DNA of 47,690 bases from Candidatus Limnocylindria bacterium (lineage in GTDB: Bacteria; Chloroflexota; Limnocylindria; QHBO01). Position 1 is the first letter of the stretch. The number at the start of each line of letters is the position of its first letter. The stretch is from NCBI GenBank assembly GCA_038322875.1, contig JBBQGI010000005.1:1-47690 (forward strand), in the 5' to 3' direction. The notes beneath the pieces are model-generated. The model was not told the origin of the DNA. It did not search any database and worked only from the letters and a program-made list of their open reading frames with translations. A program made the position numbers and the translations under genes. Below are positions 41,551-47,690 of this stretch, piece by piece.

Positions 41551-42275
41551 CCGATCCGCACGAGCGATTCCATCTGTGGCTCACAGCCGGGGCGGAAGGC
41601 GATCCGCCACGCGACCTGGCCGTCCACGCATCGGTCTGCCCTGGCTGTCGCCAATCGATTGCCGCCCTCGATCTGTTGGCGAACGTCGATCCCAAGCGCG
41701 CCGCCATGCCGCCCGCCGCAGCGGCGACGGAACGGCGCGGACTCCTGCGCGCGGGCCGACTGACCCCCGCTGCGGCAGGCATCGTTCTAGGTGCCGTGAT
41801 CCTGGGGATCGGCGCCTCCCAGCTGATCGCCATCGCTTGGACGGGAACGGCCCGCTCCACGGCGACAATCAGCCCGACGCCTGCCCAGACCGTACTGGGC
41901 AGCGAAGCCACGGCTCAGCCGAGCAAGCCGTCTCCCACCTTGACGGCGCAAACGCTGACCCCGCTCACCTCGCCGTCCCCGACGCCGCAACCCACTCCCA
42001 GGCCGACGCCAAGACCGACGCCAAGGCCGACGGCCGCACCGACAGCTGCGCCGACGGCCGCGCCAAGCACGGAGCCCACCGCCGCGCCAAGCCCCACTCC
42101 CGTGGACTCAGACGGCGACACGGTGAGCGACATCGACGAGATCCTCTACGGGTCGAATCCGAGCGACCCGGCGAGCACGCCTGAGGACAAGTTGTACCTC
42201 TCGTCGACCTGTACTGATTTGATCGACAACGACGGCGATCTTCTTACCGATGTCGCCGACCTCGGGTGCGCCTAG
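41547..42275 (+). CDS. ZAS-type membrane anti-sigma-like protein with Ca-binding-type acidic repeats
   Basis: HASVCPGC (HxxxCxxC), TM helix, P/T linker, DSDGDTVSDIDEILYGSNP and CTDLIDNDGDLLTDVADLGC. ATGA overlap with upstream gene. Confidence 0.8.
   Translation: MTDPHERFHLWLTAGAEGDPPRDLAVHASVCPGCRQSIAALDLLANVDPKRAAMPPAAAATERRGLLRAGRLTPAAAGIVLGAVILGIGASQLIAIAWTGTARSTATISPTPAQTVLGSEATAQPSKPSPTLTAQTLTPLTSPSPTPQPTPRPTPRPTPRPTAAPTAAPTAAPSTEPTAAPSPTPVDSDGDTVSDIDEILYGSNPSDPASTPEDKLYLSSTCTDLIDNDGDLLTDVADLGCA
41979..42101 (+). repeat. 12-bp coding repeats (PTPR/PTAA linker)
   Basis: CCGACGCCAAGG-like and CCGACGGCCGCG-like units in tandem. Confidence 0.7.
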
Positions 42276-42297
42276 TCGCGACGCCGCAGTCGCCGCG

Positions 42298-45078
42298 CTA
42301 CTTGTCGCGGACCTCGGCGGAGGTCAGGGCCGCCTGCGCAGCAGCCAGGCGCGCGACCGGTACTCTGAATGGCGAGCAGGAGACGTAGTCGAGCCCGATC
42401 TCGTGGCAGAAGGCGATGCTCTTGGGTTCCCCACCGTGCTCGCCGCAGATGCCGACCTTGAGCCCGGGTCGCGCGGCGCGACCCTTCTCGGTGGCCATCC
42501 GCACCAGCTGTCCGACGCCCTCGGTGTCGAGGACCTGGAACGGATTCTCGGGGAGGATGTGCCGCTCGACGTACTGCAGCAGGAACTTGCCCTCGGCATC
42601 GTCGCGCGAGTATCCGAACGTCATCTGGGTAAGGTCGTTGGTGCCGAAGCTGAAGAACTCGGCGTGCTCGGCGATGGCATCGGCGGTGAGGGCGCCACGC
42701 GGCACCTCGATCATGGTGCCGAACTTGTAGTGCACTTGCTGCCCGCTCATCTCGATGATCTTCGCCACCTCGGCCTCGAGCACGCGCCGTGTCTCGGCCA
42801 GCTCGTTCACGTGCCCGACCAGCGGGATCATGATCTCGGGCAGGGGCGTCCTGCCTTCCGCCGCCACGCGGGCTGCGGCGGCGAGGATGGCGCGGGTCTG
42901 CATCCTGACAATGTCGGGGATCATCAGCCCCAGGCGGACGCCGCGCATGCCCAGCATCGGGTTCTGTTCGCGCATCGCCTCGACGGCAGACAGGAGCTCC
43001 TCGGCCTCGGCCAGCTCGGTGCGGACATCGGTCGGGAGTGATGCATCCGGCGTCAGCTCGATGGTGGTCTGCAGCCGTGTCACCTTGGCGATCAGCTCGT
43101 CGGCGCTCGGCAGGAACTCGTGCAGCGGCGGGTCGATCAGACGGATGACGACTGGCAGGCCGTCCATCGCCCGAAAGAGGCCGGCGAAGTCATCGGTCTG
43201 GAGCGTCTGGAGCTCGGCCAGGGCGGTGTCGAAGGTTGCGACCGTTTCGGCGTCGTCGTCGGAGATCGTCTCGCCGGCCGCCGCGCGGCGCTTGGCATCG
43301 GTCGCACGAGTGGAGGCCAGGATCATGCGGCGCACCGTCGGCAGGCGCTCCTCCTCGAAGAACATGTGCTCGGTCCGGCACAGGCCGATCCCCTGTGCCC
43401 CGAAGGCGCGCGCGCGCTCGGCGTCGCGTGGGTAGTCGGCATTGGCCCGGACCTGGAGGCGCCGTACGGCGTCGGCCCAGCCGAGGAGCGTGGCCAGGTC
43501 GTGCTCGTCCTCGTAACGCGCCTCGATGGTCGGCAGCTCGCCGGCGTAGATCTCGCCGGTCGTGCCGTCGATGCTGATCATGTCGCCCTCGCGGACGGTC
43601 GTACCGCCGGCCTGCATGGTCCGATCGGCGTAGTCGATCTGGAGCGACTCGGCGCCGGCAACGCACGGCAGCCCCATGCTGCGCGCCACGACTGCGGCAT
43701 GGCTGGTCGCGCCACCGCGGGCCGTCAGCACGCCGAGCGCGGCGAGCATGCCGTGCACGTCATCGGGGCTGGTCTCGATCCGCACCAGGATTACCGGATG
43801 GCCGGCCGCCTTGACATCCTCGGCCCGATCGGGGTCGAAGATTGCCTGGCCGGTCGCCGCGCCGGGGGAGGCGTTGAGGCCCTTCGCGAGGAATCGGTCG
43901 GAGGCCTTCGCCTTGGCCACCTCGTCGAAGCGCGGCAGCAGCAGCTGCACGATCTGCGCCGGTTCCACACGCCCGAGCGCCTCCTCGCGGGTGAGGATCC
44001 CCTCCCCCACCATGTCGACCGCGATCTTCACGGCCGCCGGCGCGGTGCGCTTGGCCGAGCGCGTCTGCAGCATGTACAACTTGCCCCGCTCGATGGTGAA
44101 CTCCAGGTCCTGGACGTCCCGGTAGTGGCTCTCCAGGCGTTCGGCGATCCCCTCGAACTCGCGATAGACCTCGGGCAGCTCGTCGCGCATCTGGCTGATC
44201 TTGGCGGGGGTTCGGACGCCGGCTACGACGTCCTCGCCCTGGGCGTTGGTGAGGTACTCACCGTAGAGGACCTTCTCGCCGGTGTTCGGGTCGCGGGTGA
44301 AGGCGACGCCGGTGCCCGAATCGGCGCCCATGTTGCCGAAGACCATCATCACGATGTTCACCGCGGTGCCGAGGTCGTGCGGGATCTTGTTGAACTCACG
44401 GTAGTCGTGCGCACGCTTGCCGAACCAGGAATCGAAGACGGCGCGCACCGCCAGCTCGAGCTGTCGATACGGATCGGTCGGGAAGTCTTCCCCGGTCCTG
44501 TCACGGACGATGGCCCGATATTCGTCGGCGACTTCACGCAGGTCCTCCGCCGTCAGGTCGGTGTCGAGCGTCACTCCGCGACGCTCCTTCAGCGCGTCGA
44601 AGGGCGCGTCAAATTCGGTGGCGGGGATGTCGAGCACGATCCGCCCGAACATGGCCACGAAGCGTCGCCAGGCGTCGTAGCCGAATCGCTCGTTGCCGGA
44701 CCGGGCGATCAGGCCGGCCACCGTCTCGGGGTTCAGGCCCAGGTTGAGGACGGTGTCCATCATGCCCGGCATGCTGAAGGCGGCTCCCGACCGCACGCTG
44801 ACCAGCAGCGGATCCGCCGGATCGCCGAAGCCCTTGCCGGACTCGGTCTCCAGCACCTTCATGTGCGCCAGAACGTCGTCCCAGAGCCCGGCCGGCAGCT
44901 GCTTGCCCGCGGCGTAGTACGCGTTGCAGGCCTCGGTGGTGATGGTGAAGCCCGAGGGCACCGGCAGCCCGGCGTTCGTCATCTCGGCGAGGCCGGCACC
45001 CTTGCCGCCGAGTAGGGCGCGCATGCCGGCATTCCCCTCTGAGAAGGTGTAGATCAGCTTCGCGGCGGTCGTGGCCAT
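42298..45078 (-). CDS. ppdK: Pyruvate, phosphate dikinase
   Basis: LLGGKGAGLAEM, LVSVRSGA, MPGMMDT, GGATSHAAVVAR, GLCRTEHMF, FSFGTNDLTQ, GICGEHGG. Confidence 0.97.
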   Translation of the reverse strand: MATTAAKLIYTFSEGNAGMRALLGGKGAGLAEMTNAGLPVPSGFTITTEACNAYYAAGKQLPAGLWDDVLAHMKVLETESGKGFGDPADPLLVSVRSGAAFSMPGMMDTVLNLGLNPETVAGLIARSGNERFGYDAWRRFVAMFGRIVLDIPATEFDAPFDALKERRGVTLDTDLTAEDLREVADEYRAIVRDRTGEDFPTDPYRQLELAVRAVFDSWFGKRAHDYREFNKIPHDLGTAVNIVMMVFGNMGADSGTGVAFTRDPNTGEKVLYGEYLTNAQGEDVVAGVRTPAKISQMRDELPEVYREFEGIAERLESHYRDVQDLEFTIERGKLYMLQTRSAKRTAPAAVKIAVDMVGEGILTREEALGRVEPAQIVQLLLPRFDEVAKAKASDRFLAKGLNASPGAATGQAIFDPDRAEDVKAAGHPVILVRIETSPDDVHGMLAALGVLTARGGATSHAAVVARSMGLPCVAGAESLQIDYADRTMQAGGTTVREGDMISIDGTTGEIYAGELPTIEARYEDEHDLATLLGWADAVRRLQVRANADYPRDAERARAFGAQGIGLCRTEHMFFEEERLPTVRRMILASTRATDAKRRAAAGETISDDDAETVATFDTALAELQTLQTDDFAGLFRAMDGLPVVIRLIDPPLHEFLPSADELIAKVTRLQTTIELTPDASLPTDVRTELAEAEELLSAVEAMREQNPMLGMRGVRLGLMIPDIVRMQTRAILAAAARVAAEGRTPLPEIMIPLVGHVNELAETRRVLEAEVAKIIEMSGQQVHYKFGTMIEVPRGALTADAIAEHAEFFSFGTNDLTQMTFGYSRDDAEGKFLLQYVERHILPENPFQVLDTEGVGQLVRMATEKGRAARPGLKVGICGEHGGEPKSIAFCHEIGLDYVSCSPFRVPVARLAAAQAALTSAEVRDK

Positions 45079-45122
45079 GCGGCGCTCGAGGATCCTCCAT
45101 CTGGGTAGCGCGGGAGATGATT

Positions 45123-45476
45123 CTAGCGGCGCGGCTGAACGCGACGACGACCGGGCTGCCGGTAGCGCACCTCCAGCAGCGGCCACATGTCGGACACGGC
45201 GATCCGGTAGTCGCCGGCCACGACCATTGCGCGCAGGCGTCCGCTCCGGATGAGGCGCCGCACATGCTCGGGGTGAAAACCCAGGATGATCCCGGCCAGC
45301 CTCGTCCCGACAGCGAGCGATTCGGGGTCGACCTCGGCCGATGCGTCCATTCCCGCGAGTGCGACGGCCATCGCCTTGGCGCGATCCGCGGTGAGCGCTA
45401 CCGCCTCGGGCTCGGGACGCCGCATGGCGCTGGCCACCGCCGCGGCCAGGTGCTCCCGCAGGTCGCCGACCTTCAT
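45123..45476 (-). CDS. Small excisionase-like helix-turn-helix DNA-binding protein
   Basis: C-terminal LAGIILGFHPEHVRRLIRSGRLRA...GDYRI resembles the HTH_17/MerR-like fold. TGATG overlap with upstream gene. Confidence 0.72.
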   Translation of the reverse strand: MKVGDLREHLAAAVASAMRRPEPEAVALTADRAKAMAVALAGMDASAEVDPESLAVGTRLAGIILGFHPEHVRRLIRSGRLRAMVVAGDYRIAVSDMWPLLEVRYRQPGRRRVQPRR

Positions 45477-46168
45477 CACACGCGAAGCCAGCCGCGACGC
45501 AGGGCCAAGGCGAAGAGCGTCGGCACGGCGGCGAGACGGCGGCCCAGCCATCGGGCGTGCTGACGGTAGAGCGATCGAGCCTTCGTGAGCACGCGCTGGC
45601 GGTCGACCCCTCGCAGCTCCTCGGCCAGGGAGCTGAATTCGTGGAAGGCGTCCGCCGCGTGACCCGAGAGCCAGATGGCGTCGGCCAGCGTCTCGCGAGC
45701 GGTCGCATCGCCTGGGCGCAGATCGTGGGCGCGGCCTGCCGCCTGGAGCGCGCCGACCGGGTCGTCCAGGCGGATCAGCCCTCGGGCCAACGCCAGCTGG
45801 GCGTCAAAGCTCCCCGGATCGAGGCGGATGGCGCGGCGCGCCGCCTCGACGCCCTTCCCGGCGTCCGCCGTCTCGAGGCGCTCGTCTGCCTCGGCCACGG
45901 TCCATGCCAGCTGACCGGGGTCGAGCCGAGCCAGGCGGGCGTACTCGGCGGCCGCGTCCGCATGGGCGCCGCGGCGGGACTGGATCTCCGCCAGCAGCTC
46001 GCGATAGCGAACCTCCTCGGGATCCAGGCGAACCGCGTCGAGGGCGTCCCGCTCCGCCTCCTCCAGGCGACCACCCGCCAGCAGCGCACGAGCTCGGGCG
46101 GCGTGCGCCGCGTCGTCGCCCGGACGTTCGACGAGGTGCTCCGAGAGCTCGTCCAGGTCCTGGGCCAT
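45476..46168 (-). CDS. Tetratricopeptide repeat protein
   Basis: Repeated A.RLDP / A..LRP TPR-like units. Confidence 0.85.
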   Translation of the reverse strand: MAQDLDELSEHLVERPGDDAAHAARARALLAGGRLEEAERDALDAVRLDPEEVRYRELLAEIQSRRGAHADAAAEYARLARLDPGQLAWTVAEADERLETADAGKGVEAARRAIRLDPGSFDAQLALARGLIRLDDPVGALQAAGRAHDLRPGDATARETLADAIWLSGHAADAFHEFSSLAEELRGVDRQRVLTKARSLYRQHARWLGRRLAAVPTLFALALRRGWLRV

Positions 46169-46181
46169 CTCCCGCCTCCCG

Positions 46182-47546
46182 CTACCCGTCCGTGGGCCGC
46201 GGCGTCCCTGCCCAGGTTCCGCGGCCGCCGATCAGGTCGCCCAGCCGATTCGGGATCTCGGCCATGGCAACCCGCTCCTGCGTCATCGAGTCGCGCTCCC
46301 GGATCGTGGCCGCGCCGTCGGTCAGGGTCTCCACGTCGACGGTGATGCAAAACGGCGTGCCGATTTCGTCCTGGCGCCGGTAGAGCTTCCCGATCGAGGC
46401 CGTGTCGTCGTAGGTCGCGGCCATGCTGGTCTTGAGGTCGGCGGTCAGGGCCCGGGCGCGCTCGACGAGGTCGGGGCGATTGCGAAGCAGCGGCATGACC
46501 GCCGCCTTGATCGGGGCCAGCGCGGGACGGAGGTGGAGCACGACCCGCTTCTCGCCTTCGACCTGCTGCTCCTCGTAGCCATCGAGCAGCACGGTCAGCA
46601 CGGCCCGGTCGACCCCCATCGCCGGCTCGATCACGAAAGGCGTGACGTGCTCGCCGGACGCCTCGTCGAAGATGCTGAGGCCCTTGCCCGAGCCGGCGGC
46701 GTGGGCCCTTAGGTCGAAATCGGTGCGATCGGCGACCCCCTCCAGCTCGGACCAGCCCATCGGGAAGTCATATTCGATATCGGTCGTCTGGCGACTGTAG
46801 TGCGACAGCTCGTCCGGATCGTGCGGCCGCAGCCGAAGACGATCAGCGCCGATGCCGATCGCATCGGTCCACCAGCGAAGGCGTTCAGCGACCCAGTAGG
46901 CGAACCACTGATCCTCCTGCGAGGGGTGGACGAAGAACTCCATCTCCATCTGCTCGAACTCCCGGTCCCGAAAGATGAAGTTGCCCGGCGTGATCTCGTT
47001 GCGGAAGCTCTTGCCGATCTGCGCGATCCCGAAGGGCAGCTTCTTGCGTGCCGTATTGGCAACGTTCGCGAAATTGACAAAGATGCCCTGGGCGGTCTCG
47101 GGGCGCAGGTAGGCGACCGATGCCGACTCCTCGACCGGCCCGACATGGGTCTGGAACATCAGGTTGAACTGGCGGGCCTCGGTGAGGGTGCCGCGGTTGC
47201 CGCAATTGGGGCAGGCGATCTCCGACGGCGGACCCTTGAGGTCGTCCGCGCGGAAGCGCAGCTTGCAGTTGCGGCAATCGACCATCGGGTCGCTGAAGCC
47301 CGCGACATGGCCGGAGACCTCCCAGACGCGCGGGTTCATGACGATCGCGGCGTCGAGGCCGACGATGTCGTCGCGCAGCTGAACCATCTGGCGCCACCAC
47401 ACCGCCTTGACGTTGTTCTTGAGCTCCACGCCGAGCGGCCCGTAGTCCCAGAAGCCGCCCATGCCGCCATAGATCTCGCTGCCGGGGAAGACGAATCCAC
47501 GGCGCTTCGCGAGGCTGACGACGAGCTCCATATTCGGCGCTGGCAT
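46182..47546 (-). CDS. glyQS: Glycine--tRNA ligase (alpha2 homodimeric type)
   Basis: LAKRRGF, WDYGPLG, YLRPETAQG, GKSFRNEITP, REFEQME, IEPAMG, IGKLYRRQDEIGTPFC. Confidence 0.96.
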   Translation of the reverse strand: MPAPNMELVVSLAKRRGFVFPGSEIYGGMGGFWDYGPLGVELKNNVKAVWWRQMVQLRDDIVGLDAAIVMNPRVWEVSGHVAGFSDPMVDCRNCKLRFRADDLKGPPSEIACPNCGNRGTLTEARQFNLMFQTHVGPVEESASVAYLRPETAQGIFVNFANVANTARKKLPFGIAQIGKSFRNEITPGNFIFRDREFEQMEMEFFVHPSQEDQWFAYWVAERLRWWTDAIGIGADRLRLRPHDPDELSHYSRQTTDIEYDFPMGWSELEGVADRTDFDLRAHAAGSGKGLSIFDEASGEHVTPFVIEPAMGVDRAVLTVLLDGYEEQQVEGEKRVVLHLRPALAPIKAAVMPLLRNRPDLVERARALTADLKTSMAATYDDTASIGKLYRRQDEIGTPFCITVDVETLTDGAATIRERDSMTQERVAMAEIPNRLGDLIGGRGTWAGTPRPTDG

Positions 47547-47636
47547 GTGCTCCGAGTCTACCCGTCCGGTGGCTGGTGGATGAGGCGCGGCGGTGGCCCT
47601 TCCGGAGACGTCGCCTTTTGGATACCCTATCGCGCG

Positions 47637-47690
47637 ATGGCAACATCGCCCACCTCCCTCAGCTCGGGTGACGCAACAGCGGCCGCGGAC
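47637..47690 (+). CDS. Possible 5' end of a divergent gene (truncated by window edge)
   Basis: ATG 8 nt after TACCCT; frame open to the window end. Confidence 0.3.
   Translation, partial: MATSPTSLSSGDATAAAD

Noticed and set aside
41979-42101. Short repeats as a CRISPR array
   Set aside because: In-frame 12-bp coding repeats of a Pro/Thr linker; no spacers or cas genes.
45123-45476. Excisionase-like HTH as a prophage remnant
   Set aside because: Embedded and translationally coupled in a housekeeping operon, with no phage or integrase genes nearby.
47547-47636. T-box leader upstream of glyQS
   Set aside because: No T-box consensus seen, and a -10-like hexamer lies only 8 nt from the start codon.

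Overview
GC-rich (about 70%) chromosomal core-genome segment. Gene content and protein style suggest a Chloroflexota-type bacterium (inference). Most genes are on the minus strand. In transcription order (high to low coordinates): glyQS, a TPR gene, an HTH gene, ppdK; an opposite-strand degenerate ECF-sigma/zinc anti-sigma pair; dnaG, rpoD, a CoA-binding protein; a DUF4331-like/TPR/RcnA-like module; tRNA-Asn, a Fur/Nur-like regulator, a lipoprotein and small hypotheticals; plus-strand parA-parB; tRNA-Ile2 followed by pccB-pccA-BCCP-mcm-mce-GNAT; sucCD (plus strand); icd-sdhCDAB-rnhA and rnpB; two Cys-motif hypotheticals; and a dcw cluster (mraZ, rsmH, small ORF, ftsL, ftsI, murF, mraY, murD, ftsW, murG, murB, ddl) that lacks murE and murC. 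Three signals stand out. (1) A 16-bp palindrome, GTCTTTGCGCAAAGAC, occurs three times around and inside a parAB pair whose ParB has non-canonical DNA-recognition residues, suggesting a ParABS system with a non-canonical centromere. (2) A hidden, about 197-aa degenerate ECF-sigma-like gene has no standard start codon and is coupled to a ZAS anti-sigma. (3) The RNase P RNA is compact and appears to lack P13/P14 and P18. No CRISPR array, rRNA, transposase or integrase was seen.
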